Shown: one piece after another, positions 35,147-48,917 of the stretch
How positions within the stretch are numbered: position 1 is the stretch's first letter
Layout: each line of letters opens with the position of its first letter
Assembly (NCBI GenBank): GCA_002378195.1
Contig: DFRJ01000002.1
Location: 22,911 to 86,910 of the forward strand
Direction: 5' to 3'
Source of the DNA: Patescibacteria group bacterium UBA3466
Lineage (GTDB): Bacteria; Patescibacteriota; Minisyncoccia; Phycocordibacterales; UBA918
DNA: 64,000 nucleotides
Position numbers and translations under genes: made by a program
Notes under the pieces: generated by a model
The model's database searches: none
The model's input: only the letters and a program-made list of their open reading frames with translations
What the model was told of the DNA's origin: nothing

Positions 35147-35857
35147 ATGAAAATACTCATTGGAATTATAGTCGTAGTAGCCGCGATTTTTGCGTTTATG
35201 CAAATTGGTGGTTCGAACGAAAAGGCTGTGGATGATACTGCTGCTCCTGAAACTGCAGAGGCAGTAATGACAGATGATTTGGCCAAAGTCGATGATGACA
35301 ATGAGGTTAGTGAAGTAGAGACAGGTGTTTATGAAATTGACACCACGAGTAGTGTGGTGAATTGGGCGGGGCAGAAGCCTCTAATCGAGGGGTATGTAAA
35401 TACTGGGTCTATCGCTCTTAAGAGCGGTTCTGTTGAAATAACCGAAGAATCCTTAAGTGGTGAACTGGTGATCGACATGACCACTTTGTCAGTGTCAGAA
35501 ACTCCAACTAAGCCAGGTTCAGAAAATGCTCTAGAAAGCCACCTAAAGGGTGAACGCTGGTTTGATGTGGAGACTTACGGAGAAGCCACTTTCGTTATTA
35601 CTGACGCTACGCTTCAATCTGCCGGCACTTATGAAGTTACTGGTGACCTGACTATGAAAGGAGAGACCAATCCTGTTACTTTTCCAGTACAGGTAGTCGA
35701 AGGTGAGAATGGGCAAGTGGTGGCAGAAGCTGATTTTGAGATCGATCGAACTAAGTGGGGCATCACTGCTGGTTCTGGTTCGTTCTTTGATAACCTGGCC
35801 GATAATGTGGTCGATGACATGGTAGCGATGTCATTTAGTCTTGTGGCTAATAGGTAG
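35147..35857 (+). CDS. YceI-like (polyisoprenoid-binding) periplasmic/secreted protein
   Basis: Signal/anchor peptide followed by a YceI-family beta-barrel pattern (W.G.K...HL.GERWFDVE...F...T...W). Confidence 0.65.
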   Translation: MKILIGIIVVVAAIFAFMQIGGSNEKAVDDTAAPETAEAVMTDDLAKVDDDNEVSEVETGVYEIDTTSSVVNWAGQKPLIEGYVNTGSIALKSGSVEITEESLSGELVIDMTTLSVSETPTKPGSENALESHLKGERWFDVETYGEATFVITDATLQSAGTYEVTGDLTMKGETNPVTFPVQVVEGENGQVVAEADFEIDRTKWGITAGSGSFFDNLADNVVDDMVAMSFSLVANR

Positions 35858-35869
35858 TTGGTTAGACAA

Positions 35870-35905
35870 TAAAAAGCCGGACATCTTTGATGTCCGGCTT
35901 TTTTG
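35870..35905 (+). terminator. Intrinsic terminator (AAAAAGCCGGACATC-tttg-ATGTCCGGCTTTTTTGG)
   Basis: Perfect stem followed by a T-run after the YceI-like gene. Confidence 0.8.
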
Positions 35906-35918
35906 GCTAAAAAAGACC

Positions 35919-35946
35919 TTGCATATATATGACGCTGCTGTATACT
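35919..35946 (+). promoter_or_regulatory. Candidate promoter for rpoBC (TTGCAT - 16 nt - TATACT) with a ~280-nt 5' leader
   Basis: Hexamers and spacing read directly in the sequence. Confidence 0.35.
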
Positions 35947-36234
35947 ACTGGCCACTTACGCATTAGTGCGATCTCGGATGAGTTCTGGTTGGGAGATTAC
36001 TACGCGGGGGTAAATTGGTACCTTTGAGCGTTTTTTGTCGTTGTGGATGTTTCGACACAAAACTCCAAAAGTTACCGCACAATCACATTGTGATGTTTTT
36101 ATTCATCGGGTAAGTAACAACAAGATATAAATAGCGCCTTTGGCGTGATTTTCTTGTTGATTTGCCAATAACAAAGAACTTTCAAATTTGGACGAAGAAA
36201 TTCTCCAAAGGTGGAAGTGCGACAATAATATTTT

Positions 36235-39200
36235 ATGGATACTAAAGATGTATCGGTAGGACACCTGCCGCAAAAGCGCTTCGAAAAAGCGTCTGCGCCA
36301 CGGTTAGAGCTACCAGATCTGATTGAGCCACAACGAGAGTCGTACACATGGTTTGTCGAGACGGCTTTGAAGGAAATCTTCAAAGAGTTTTCACCGATTG
36401 CTGACTACTCAGAAAAGAAGTTCGAACTTCAATTTAAGAAGTACGAAATGGGAGCACCAAAGTACTCTCCAGAGTTTTGTAAAGAAAACAAGCGAACTTT
36501 CGAAGCCCCACTTCGAGCTGCAGTTGTTCTAAAGAACAAAACTTTTGATAGCGACAAGGAACAAGAGATCTTCATGACTGATATTCCAGTGATGACAGAC
36601 AACGGTACCTTCATCATCAACGGTGTAGAGCGAGTAATCGTTCCACAGCTAGCCCGAAGTTACGGTATTTTCTTCACTTCAGCTGAATCAAAGGGTAAGA
36701 CTTTGTTTGGCGCGAAGATTATTCCGGCGCGAGGAGCGTGGGTGGAGATCGAGTCTGAAGCTGATGGTGTTATCTACGTAAAGATTGATCGAAAGAAGAA
36801 GTTCCCAATCACTTCTTTGCTTCGAGTACTTGGAGTAGAAGACGAAAAGGACATGCTCAAGCTCGTAAAAGGTGTAGAGCGAGGTGAAGAGTACATCAAG
36901 GCTACCCTTGAGAAAGATCCGGCCAAGACTACTGATGATTCATATGTAGAAATCTACAAGCGTCTTCGAGATGGTGACCTAGCAACTATCGACAACGCTA
37001 AAGAATTCGTGAACTCAATCTTCTCAGAAGAACGATATGACCTGTCGGAAATCGGACGACATCACTTCAACGAACGATTCGATCTTCCAACAGACGCTAA
37101 GGCAGTAGCGAATCGAACTGTGTCTGTAGATGACATGCAACGAATCCTGTCACACATCATTGTGTCAAACCACGATTCAAGCGCCTTGCCTGATGATATT
37201 GATCACCTCGGATTCCGACGAGTGCGATATTTCGGTGAAATGTTGCAGCAACGAGTACGAGTAGGTATGACTCGAATGAAGCGAAACATTCAAGACCGAA
37301 TGTCGACTATCGAAGCCGAGACTTCGCTGCCGATGCAAATTATTAATCCGCGACCACTACAAGCGGCTATTAAAGAGTTCTTCACTACGAACCAACTTTC
37401 ACAGTTCTCACAACAGCAAAACATCCTAGCTGAAGTTGAACACCTTCGAACTCTTTCAGCGCTTGGTCCAGGCGGTTTGACTCGTGAACGAGCCGGCTTT
37501 GAAGTGCGTGACGTTCACCCGAGTCACTACGGACGACTTTGTCCAATTCATACTCCTGAAGGACCAAACATTGGTTTGATTCTGCGCCTTTCGATGTACT
37601 CACGAGTAAACCGTTTTGGTATCATCGAAACTCCGTACATGAAGGTGAATAAAGGTAAGTTGACTGACGAAGTGACTTACATGAACGCTCATGAAGAGGA
37701 GGGTTACACGATCGCTCACGCCGCTATCGAAATCGATGATAAGGGTAAGATCAAGAATGATTTGGTTGAAGCTAGAATGAAGGGTGAACCACGAATGGTG
37801 TCGCGAAACGATGTTGATTACATTGATATCGCTACTAACCAACCATTCTCAGTAGCTACATCAATGATTCCATTTTTGAATCACGATGACGCCAACCGAA
37901 CCTTGATGGGTTCAAACATGCAAAAGCAGTCGACACCGTGTGTGATCCAAGAAGCACCGATTGTGGCGACTGGAGTAGAGAGAATGGCAGCGCGAGATGT
38001 AGGGCGAGTTATCTACGCTACTGACCCAGGGGAAGTAGTAGAAGCCGATGCACAAAAGATCGTTGTAAAGGGGAAGGACGGAAAGAAGAAAGAGTACCCA
38101 CTTACCCAGCTACAAAGAACTAACGACTTCTCAGCGTTTCAGCACCGACCAGCAGTAAACGTTGGACAAAAAGTGAAGCGTGGAGATTTGTTGGCTGATA
38201 CTACATCAACCGACAATGGTCAGATCGCTGTAGGGCAAAACGCCCGTGTCGCCTTCATGAGTTGGAATGGAGCCAACTACGAAGATGCGATTATTATTTC
38301 TGAACGACTAGTTAAGCAAGCCAAGTTCTCAACCATCCACCTAGATGAACTAGACGTAGCAGTGCGAGACACTAAGCTAGGTCCTGAAGTAACTACCCCA
38401 GATATTCCAAATGTTTCTGAACTTAAGCTTCGAAACCTGGATGAAACTGGTGTAATCCGAATTGGAGCAGAAGTACGACCGGGAGACATCTTGGTTGGTA
38501 AGGTGACTCCAAAGGGAGAAACCCAACTAACGCCAGAAGAGCGATTGCTACGATCTATCTTCGGTGAAAAGGCGAAGGATGTTAAGGATACCTCTCTACG
38601 TCTAGAAGCTGGTAAGCGTGGTCGCGTGATCGGAGTGAAAATCTTCTCACGAGAGGACGGTGATCAGCTAGAGAGTGGTGTGATCAAACGAATCCATATT
38701 ACGATCGCTCAGGTCCGAAACGTGTCAGTTGGTGACAAGCTGGCTGGACGACACGGTAACAAGGGTGTGATCTCAAGAATTCTTCCAGAGGAGGATATGC
38801 CGTACGACGAAAACGGTGAGCCGGTAGATGTGCTCTTGACACCACTTGGTGTGCCGTCACGTATGAACCTTGGTCAGATTCTCGAACTTCACTTGGGTAT
38901 GGCTGCCAACTCACTTGGCTACCAAGCGATTGTGCCACCATTTGCCGGAGCTGATGAAAACGACGTTAAGGCTGAACTAAAAGCCGCTGGTTTTGAAGAA
39001 GATGGAAAGATCCAGTTGCGAGACGGTCTAACCGGCGAGCCATTCGCGCAAAGAACTGCAGTAGGATACATGTACATCTTGAAGTTGCACCACATGGTAG
39101 AAGACAAGATTCACATGCGTTCAATTGGTCCATACTCACTTATTACTCAGCAGCCACTTGGAGGTAAGGCTCAAATTGGTGGTCAGCGATTTGGAGAGAT

Positions 39201-39438
39201 GGAAGTGTGGGCGCTACTTGGATACGGAGCAGCCTACACTCTACGAGAAATGCTAACTATCAAGTCTGACGATATTGTGGGACGAAGCGCCGCTTTTGAC
39301 GCTATCGTACGGGGTGAACAAATTTCTCACCCTCACACACCAGCCGCTTTCAACGTACTGTTGAATCAGCTACGAGGTCTGGCACTCGACGTGAAGCTAG
39401 ATAAAGACGAAGTGAAGCGTAATTATGAGTCTGCTTAA
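36235..39438 (+). CDS. rpoB: DNA-directed RNA polymerase beta subunit (compact, 1067 aa)
   Basis: Conserved Rif-region and catalytic-region motifs throughout (e.g. GPGGLTRERAGFEVRDVHPSHYGRLCPIHTPEGPNIGL, NMQKQ, GDKLAGRHGNKGV). Confidence 0.95.
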   Translation: MDTKDVSVGHLPQKRFEKASAPRLELPDLIEPQRESYTWFVETALKEIFKEFSPIADYSEKKFELQFKKYEMGAPKYSPEFCKENKRTFEAPLRAAVVLKNKTFDSDKEQEIFMTDIPVMTDNGTFIINGVERVIVPQLARSYGIFFTSAESKGKTLFGAKIIPARGAWVEIESEADGVIYVKIDRKKKFPITSLLRVLGVEDEKDMLKLVKGVERGEEYIKATLEKDPAKTTDDSYVEIYKRLRDGDLATIDNAKEFVNSIFSEERYDLSEIGRHHFNERFDLPTDAKAVANRTVSVDDMQRILSHIIVSNHDSSALPDDIDHLGFRRVRYFGEMLQQRVRVGMTRMKRNIQDRMSTIEAETSLPMQIINPRPLQAAIKEFFTTNQLSQFSQQQNILAEVEHLRTLSALGPGGLTRERAGFEVRDVHPSHYGRLCPIHTPEGPNIGLILRLSMYSRVNRFGIIETPYMKVNKGKLTDEVTYMNAHEEEGYTIAHAAIEIDDKGKIKNDLVEARMKGEPRMVSRNDVDYIDIATNQPFSVATSMIPFLNHDDANRTLMGSNMQKQSTPCVIQEAPIVATGVERMAARDVGRVIYATDPGEVVEADAQKIVVKGKDGKKKEYPLTQLQRTNDFSAFQHRPAVNVGQKVKRGDLLADTTSTDNGQIAVGQNARVAFMSWNGANYEDAIIISERLVKQAKFSTIHLDELDVAVRDTKLGPEVTTPDIPNVSELKLRNLDETGVIRIGAEVRPGDILVGKVTPKGETQLTPEERLLRSIFGEKAKDVKDTSLRLEAGKRGRVIGVKIFSREDGDQLESGVIKRIHITIAQVRNVSVGDKLAGRHGNKGVISRILPEEDMPYDENGEPVDVLLTPLGVPSRMNLGQILELHLGMAANSLGYQAIVPPFAGADENDVKAELKAAGFEEDGKIQLRDGLTGEPFAQRTAVGYMYILKLHHMVEDKIHMRSIGPYSLITQQPLGGKAQIGGQRFGEMEVWALLGYGAAYTLREMLTIKSDDIVGRSAAFDAIVRGEQISHPHTPAAFNVLLNQLRGLALDVKLDKDEVKRNYESA

Positions 39439-39449
39439 TTTTTCTGCCT

Positions 39450-43139
<3,690 letters not shown>

Positions 43140-43164
43140 TATCACTTACTTTATCTAAATATGA

Positions 43165-43275
43165 AAAAAGACCCATGGCGGACCTTGGTCCCAACTGGGT
43201 CTTTTTTCTTTTGTTAAAGTAATATTAAAAAAGAAAAAAGCCGACGTGCTTTGACGCCGGCTTTTGTGTAGGAAC
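43165..43275. terminator. Two tandem intrinsic terminators after rpoC (GACCCA...TGGGTC + T7; AGCCGACGTG...ACGCCGGCT + TTTTGTG), also serving the convergent 43416..43877 gene
   Basis: Hairpins and T-runs read directly in the sequence. Confidence 0.7.
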
Positions 43276-43415
43276 ATCTTCACCTCTGTTGTCCGGTCCC
43301 GTTACAGACGTGATTTGTGCTGGGTTCACAGTGGACTTTGACGCGACGCCTAGCGTCGAGCCTGACAGTCTGTCTGCAAATAGAGCAGGTATAGACCCTA
43401 CCTTTGGTTCCTCGT

Positions 43416-43877
43416 TTACTCATTCGTTTGCACAACTCCCGGTGTCTTTGCTTGTTTGAGTGAATTTATGTAGTCAGCTATTTCCGTAGTGATATGCCAA
43501 CGGAGTTGGCGTCTTCTCTCCTTGCTTGTTCTCAAGATCATTCCTTCGTAGGTATCGATCTTGCAATCACCATCCATGTCAGACAGCCAGTACTGACTCG
43601 GGAATCGACCTGGTATCCTGTTTTTAAAACGAGTGTAATTTACAGGATCATTAAACACCTTCACTTCCCATGGCTGAGATTTGCAGGACGTAAACAATTG
43701 ACATTTGGTTGACTGTACTGTCAGAGTTACGTCTTCAGTCTCTTTAAACAAGGTGAACTCGATAACTTCGTCAGGGTTATTGGCGATAGTCTCGCATATC
43801 AGCTGTTCGTTGATACGGAAAATACCATCTGTTTCACCATAGGCCAGCGAAGACAATAAAAGAACAATAAATCTCAC
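43416..43877 (-). CDS. Hypothetical secreted protein (signal peptide, 5 Cys)
   Basis: MRFIVLLLSSLAYG is signal-peptide-like; no motif recognised. Confidence 0.45.
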   Translation of the reverse strand: MRFIVLLLSSLAYGETDGIFRINEQLICETIANNPDEVIEFTLFKETEDVTLTVQSTKCQLFTSCKSQPWEVKVFNDPVNYTRFKNRIPGRFPSQYWLSDMDGDCKIDTYEGMILRTSKERRRQLRWHITTEIADYINSLKQAKTPGVVQTNE

Positions 43878-44005
43878 GGTTCTGCCTCCTGTGGCATTGA
43901 GAATATATTAAACATAGTCTAAATCTCTAATAGATTCAACACATACTCAACAATCAACACCTGTTGAAAACTACATTTTTACTAAAATGTTAGAATCAGT
44001 TTTAT

Positions 44006-44662
44006 ATGTTTGAAGAACTTTTGACGTACCTTACACTTTATTTTGTTCCAGTACTAGTCGCAGCTCTGGCCGGAGCGTTTATTGGTTTTGAGCGAGAGTA
44101 CCGCGACATGAACGCCGGTTTCCGCACCATGATTCTAATCGCTGTTGGTTCCTGTCTGTTTACTATTTTGTCTCATTTGCTAGGCGGACCAGATAACGAA
44201 TCAGGACGCATCGCGGCCGCTGTGGTGACTGGGGTTGGTTTCTTGGGGGCTGGAGTAGTGTTGAAAGATGGCGCGTCTATCAAAGGAATTACCACCGCCG
44301 CTTGCATCTGGGCGGTAGCATCACTTGGGATGGCGGCTGGAGCCAAAGAGTACACTCTGGTAACCGCTGTCACCACTCTGATCTTGGTGGTGCTTTGGGC
44401 ACTACCACCTTTGGAGCGTTGGATCGATAAACTACATGAGTTTATTCATGTTGATATTACAGTCAAAAACTCAGACGACGCTGAAGACGATGTTTTAGAT
44501 ATCTTCGATGAGTGTGGTATCAAAGTGGTTCATATTCACCGCAGTCGATTTGAAAAAGGGGAGCGAGTGCTCCACATCAAGGCTAAGACCACGGCTGCAA
44601 AGCGAAAGGACCTCAGTGAGATACTCGTAAACGAAAAAGGAGTCATTAAGTTCACTGCCTAA
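44006..44662 (+). CDS. MgtC/SapB-family membrane protein
   Basis: N-terminal MgtC-type TM bundle (GFEREYRDMNAGFRTMILIAVGSCLFT..GVGFLGAGVVLKDG..KGITTAACIWAVASLGMAAGA) plus a C-terminal ACT-like soluble domain. Confidence 0.7.
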   Translation: MFEELLTYLTLYFVPVLVAALAGAFIGFEREYRDMNAGFRTMILIAVGSCLFTILSHLLGGPDNESGRIAAAVVTGVGFLGAGVVLKDGASIKGITTAACIWAVASLGMAAGAKEYTLVTAVTTLILVVLWALPPLERWIDKLHEFIHVDITVKNSDDAEDDVLDIFDECGIKVVHIHRSRFEKGERVLHIKAKTTAAKRKDLSEILVNEKGVIKFTA

Positions 44663-44768
44663 TTGTTTTTAAATCAACGAATTTGCACTACTTTCGAATT
44701 AATATTCAATCAACGTATATCTAAAGTTTTGCGCCTAAAGAAAAGCCACTCGGATGAGTGGCTTTTGG

Positions 44769-45023
44769 TTAGCCGGCTCTGATTTCATCAATGTAGGCAA
44801 AGAAACCAATTGAGAACATCAGGGCTATGGAGAATGAAACTACACAGCCGACTAAGAGCAGTAAGCTTATGGATAAGCTAGGAATGTACGGGAGTAGTAT
44901 CTGCAGGTTTGCGAGATGGATGATAAAACAGATTACGAATGCCAGTAACAGTAAACATCCTAAAATGGTAAAAAGAGCAGTCGTTATCATATGGAACAGG
45001 GGAGTAGCTTCTCGTTTTTTCAT
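44769..45023 (-). CDS. Small hydrophobic membrane protein, hypothetical
   Basis: ORF of 84 aa with two predicted TM helices. Confidence 0.3.
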   Translation of the reverse strand: MKKREATPLFHMITTALFTILGCLLLLAFVICFIIHLANLQILLPYIPSLSISLLLLVGCVVSFSIALMFSIGFFAYIDEIRAG

Positions 45024-45121
45024 TTAGTATCTCCTGTATACTCTATGTATTTTATATAATCTTAAATAAGATTTGTCAATATTTAGGTCAAAATTAAATA
45101 TTCAGGTAAAATAGGGTACTT

Positions 45122-46870
45122 ATGTCAGACGCGGTTCAGCAAATTAAAGACAAAATCAGCATTATCGATGTAGTATCGCCTTACGTGGAGCTCCACAAAG
45201 CGGGCAAAAACTTTAAAGGCAAGTCACCGTTTTCAGCCGAAAAAACTCCTTCGTTTTATGTTTCTCCAGACCGCGGTATGTACTACTGCTTCTCGACTTC
45301 TCAAGGAGGAGATATTTTTAATTTTGTCCAAGCCATGGAAGGAGTCGACTTCAAAGAGGCTCTCAAGCAGTTGGCTGATAAGGCAGGGGTCGAACTCGTG
45401 CCCGAAGATCCCAAGAAAAAGACTGAGCGTGAGAAAGCTTATTCCATCATGGACGAAGCGGTGAAGTTTTATGTCGATAAGCTCGAAGAGGAATCTGAGG
45501 CATTGGAGTACCTCAAAAAACGAGGAGTAAAAGATGAAACTGTTCACCGCTGGCAAATCGGCTTCGCGCCTGGGCCACCAAAGGGAGGCTGGCGAGAGCT
45601 CAAGGAGTATCTCGAAAAGAAAGATTTTACCAAAGAGCAACAACTCGCAGCTGGCCTCATCAAAACCACCGAAGGCGGGAAAGAACCTTTTGACGTCTTT
45701 CGTGACCGGATTGTTTTTCCAATGGCTGAGCCGAGCGGGAAGGTGGTGGCATTTTCGGGCAGGATTCTTCATCCCAATGATAAGGCGCCCAAGTACGTAA
45801 ATTCACCTGAAACGCTTTTGTATAAAAAGTCCGAGTTACTCTTTGGTTACGACAAAGCCAAGTCCGGTATCAGAAACCTTAATTTCTCGCTGGTAGTAGA
45901 AGGACAGTTTGATGTGGTTATGTGTCACCAGGCTGGCTACAGTAATACCGTCGCGGTGTCAGGTACCGCTCTTACTCTTCATCATGTACAACTCCTAGAG
46001 CGCATGTCAGACAAGGTGGTGCTAGCGCTTGATGCTGATCGCGCGGGTATCGCCGCTATGAAGAAAGCGGCAGACCTAATGCTGCAACGGGGGATTGATG
46101 TAAAAGTAGCAGAGTTGCCGCTAGGTAAAGATCCGGCCGACCTTATTCAAGAAGATCCGGCGCTGTTCAAAAAATACATCGGTAAGTCGGTGCATGTGAT
46201 CGAATTCTTGCTCCATGTCCTGAAGCGTGAACATGAAGACGAGCGTTCATTCAAGCTGAAGGTTAGAGACGAAGTGTTGCCATTTGTGCTCTTGCTACCA
46301 AACCGTATCGACCAAGAACACTTCGTGAACAAGATAGCTAAAGAGATCGACTCTACGACTGAAGCTGTACGTTTCGAGTTAAATCATTTGCGGGAGAAGA
46401 AAGAAGCAGAATCACACAAAGAGACTTACTATGGTGATTCTTACGATGAGAATGTTGGTGTAGACAAGGGTGAGAGAGGTCAGGATGACGGCTCGAAATC
46501 CCGATTGTTTTTGCTGGCGGCGGCATTGGTGGTCGATGATGCACAGAAGCAAGTGATAGAAGCTGAACTGGATAAGCTCGTAGCTATTAAGCAGCTTGCT
46601 GACCCCTCAGAATCGGATCTGGCAAAGACAGTCTTTACCCTGGAACAGCAGTTTTCTAATTTACCACCTCTGGCAGTGAAAGAAGAGATTATAAATAAGT
46701 TTAATCGTCTGAAAAAGATTTTGGTACGGTCTAAGTTGGCGGAACTAAGAGAAGATCTTCAGCGCTTAGAAGCAGAAGGAGGTGACGTGAACAAGGTACT
46801 CAAGCTTATTAGTGTTTATGAAAGCAAGCTCCGCGAACCCGACTACACCAGCGATATCTTTCAAAATTAA
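45122..46870 (+). CDS. dnaG: DNA primase with degenerate N-terminal zinc-binding motif
   Basis: Zinc-ribbon-like region, here KSPFSAEKTPSF...YYCFSTSQGG instead of CPFH...CFGCG. Toprim VVEGQFDVVMCHQAGY and LDADRAGIAA. Immediately upstream of rpoD as in the conserved dnaG-rpoD operon. Confidence 0.85.
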   Translation: MSDAVQQIKDKISIIDVVSPYVELHKAGKNFKGKSPFSAEKTPSFYVSPDRGMYYCFSTSQGGDIFNFVQAMEGVDFKEALKQLADKAGVELVPEDPKKKTEREKAYSIMDEAVKFYVDKLEEESEALEYLKKRGVKDETVHRWQIGFAPGPPKGGWRELKEYLEKKDFTKEQQLAAGLIKTTEGGKEPFDVFRDRIVFPMAEPSGKVVAFSGRILHPNDKAPKYVNSPETLLYKKSELLFGYDKAKSGIRNLNFSLVVEGQFDVVMCHQAGYSNTVAVSGTALTLHHVQLLERMSDKVVLALDADRAGIAAMKKAADLMLQRGIDVKVAELPLGKDPADLIQEDPALFKKYIGKSVHVIEFLLHVLKREHEDERSFKLKVRDEVLPFVLLLPNRIDQEHFVNKIAKEIDSTTEAVRFELNHLREKKEAESHKETYYGDSYDENVGVDKGERGQDDGSKSRLFLLAAALVVDDAQKQVIEAELDKLVAIKQLADPSESDLAKTVFTLEQQFSNLPPLAVKEEIINKFNRLKKILVRSKLAELREDLQRLEAEGGDVNKVLKLISVYESKLREPDYTSDIFQN

Positions 46871-46928
46871 GTCATTTAGCTAAAGTCACTCTGGACTTTT
46901 TTGTATTTTTCGGTATAGTTGTCCCCAC

Positions 46929-48278
46929 ATGGCAGCAAAAAAAGCCACAAAAAAAGTTGCGAAAAAAGCGGTCAAAAAAACCGTAAAAACCACTAAAAAA
47001 GCAGCCCCGAAAAAAGCCACAAAAAAGAAGGCTTCGGTTGCAAAAAAGAAGACAGCAGGAAAGAAGACAACTGCTAAAAAAGCAATAAAGAAGACAGTCA
47101 AAAAAGCTGTAAAAAAGACCGTTAAAAAGACGGCTGTTTCTGCGAAAAAGGCAGTAAAGAAGGCTGCTAAAAAAGCTGCTCCAAAAAAGAAAAAACTCAC
47201 CAAGAGTGAAAAACTACTCGAAGCTAAGTCAGCTGAACTGATGACGCTCGGGAAGGAGCGAGGATACGTTACATACGATGAATTACTTCGATCTTTTCCA
47301 GAGATTGAAAAGGATGTTGATTTCCTAGACGGATTGTACGAAAAGTTCTCGATTGCCGGCATCGATGTTTTACAAAGTGGCGGTATGTTAGGGGAAGATC
47401 CTAGCACCGAAGTGATTGCTAAGAAGAACGCCTTTAAGCGCAGTGATAGCGGGCATGACTCAATCCAAATGTATTTGCGTGAGATTGGCCAGTATCCTCT
47501 ATTGAATGCTCATGAAGAGAAAGTTTTAGCTAAGCGAATTGTAGAAGGTGACGATGAAGCTCGGAACCTACTAGCCCGAGCCAACCTGCGACTCGTAGTG
47601 TCGATCGCCAAGAAGTATGTTGGGCGATCACCGGACCTTACTCTACTTGATCTTATTCAAGAAGGTAACCTTGGACTCTTCAAGGCGGTAGATAAGTTTG
47701 ACTTTACAAAAGGATTTAAGTTTTCTACCTACGCTACTTGGTGGATCCGCCAAGCGATCACTCGAGCGTTGGCTGATCAATCGCGTACCATTCGTATTCC
47801 GGTTCATATGGTGGAGACCATGGCTAAATACAAGCAGGTGTCACGCCGACTAGCTCAAGACTTAGGGCGCGACCCAATGTCGGAAGAAATTGCTACCGAA
47901 ATGGGGGTGGAAGTAGAAAAGATTTACCAAATCGAAAAGATTTCCCAAGATACGATTTCACTGGAATTGCCAGTGGGAGACGATGACGATCGGTCACGAC
48001 TGTCAGACTTTATCTCTGATGACAAAATTACCTCGCCAGATCAAGAGGTTTCACATAGTATCCTGACAGATCAAATTACAGAAATTCTCGATACACTTTC
48101 AGAAAAAGAACGTAAGATTCTTGAAATGCGACATGGCCTACTAGACGGTACTTACCACACCTTAGAAGAAGTTGGAAAGGAGTTTGGGGTGACGAGAGAG
48201 CGAATCCGACAAATTGAGGCGAAGGCTCTTGAAAAGATACGACAACACGAAAAGGCCCGACGTTTGAAATCATATTAA
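46929..48278 (+). CDS. rpoD: RNA polymerase sigma-70 factor with ~95-aa Lys/Ala-rich histone-H1-like N-terminal tail
   Basis: Regions 1.2, 2 ([18 protein letters not shown]...[13 protein letters not shown]), 3 and 4 ([15 protein letters not shown]...[24 protein letters not shown]). The N-terminus has KKAVKKT repeats. Confidence 0.9.
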   Translation: MAAKKATKKVAKKAVKKTVKTTKKAAPKKATKKKASVAKKKTAGKKTTAKKAIKKTVKKAVKKTVKKTAVSAKKAVKKAAKKAAPKKKKLTKSEKLLEAKSAELMTLGKERGYVTYDELLRSFPEIEKDVDFLDGLYEKFSIAGIDVLQSGGMLGEDPSTEVIAKKNAFKRSDSGHDSIQMYLREIGQYPLLNAHEEKVLAKRIVEGDDEARNLLARANLRLVVSIAKKYVGRSPDLTLLDLIQEGNLGLFKAVDKFDFTKGFKFSTYATWWIRQAITRALADQSRTIRIPVHMVETMAKYKQVSRRLAQDLGRDPMSEEIATEMGVEVEKIYQIEKISQDTISLELPVGDDDDRSRLSDFISDDKITSPDQEVSHSILTDQITEILDTLSEKERKILEMRHGLLDGTYHTLEEVGKEFGVTRERIRQIEAKALEKIRQHEKARRLKSY

Positions 48279-48294
48279 GTGATTAGATTGTAAC

Positions 48295-48325
48295 AAAACC
48301 CCTCAAATTAATGAGGGGTTTTGTT
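48295..48325. terminator. Bidirectional intrinsic terminator (AAAACCCCTCA-aatta-ATGAGGGGTTTTGTT)
   Basis: Perfect 9-bp stem with flanking A-runs and T-runs. Confidence 0.8.
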
Positions 48326-48356
48326 ACGTAGCATGTTACGTAACATGCTACGTAAC
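48325..48356. repeat. Perfect 32-nt palindrome TTACGTAGCATGTTACGTAACATGCTACGTAA (three TACGTAA-type half-sites)
   Basis: Reverse complement verified by hand to be identical to the sequence itself. Lies between rpoD (+) and the DedA-family gene (-). Confidence 0.9.
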
Positions 48357-48369
48357 AAGCCCTGCTCGT

Positions 48370-48870
48370 TTATTTGGTTATGAAATAGTATAATTGCTCA
48401 CCCTGAATTAAAATAAATAACCAAAACATAATCCAGATGAGAGCAATGATTGCTTCGTATAGAATAAATCGGTGAAATTTTATTTTAAGACTGCCTAGTA
48501 CTAGAGCATATAGTGGACGAGTCACAGCCACAAAACGAGCAACAGCGATGTAAACAAAGAGGCCTTTGTGTTGCAGGAAATGTCTAATTTTTTGCACTTT
48601 CGGATGTTCCAAGCGCTTCGTGATTACTGGTGATTGGTGAAAGATTCTGCCTGAATAGTAGTTGAGGGTGTTGCCGAGCATGGTTCCGGCGTATGAGGAG
48701 ATAGCAATCATTTCGACGGTAATCATCCCAGTGGCATGCATCATGGCCACTGAACTCATCATGGCCGCTCCGTATAAAAATAAACCAGTCGCGAAAAAGA
48801 TGTCTAAGGCGGATGCAACAAATAAGACAATAGGGTAATAAGGGGACAGTTCGTAGAGCCATTCGTACAT
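48370..48870 (-). CDS. DedA/VTT-domain family membrane protein
   Basis: Multi-TM, with a DedA-like ...ARFVAVTRPLYALVLG... motif. Confidence 0.55.
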   Translation of the reverse strand: MYEWLYELSPYYPIVLFVASALDIFFATGLFLYGAAMMSSVAMMHATGMITVEMIAISSYAGTMLGNTLNYYSGRIFHQSPVITKRLEHPKVQKIRHFLQHKGLFVYIAVARFVAVTRPLYALVLGSLKIKFHRFILYEAIIALIWIMFWLFILIQGEQLYYFITK

Positions 48871-48917
48871 ATGAGTATCTAAACATAATACTCTGATTTT
48901 AGTATTTTGGTATACTG

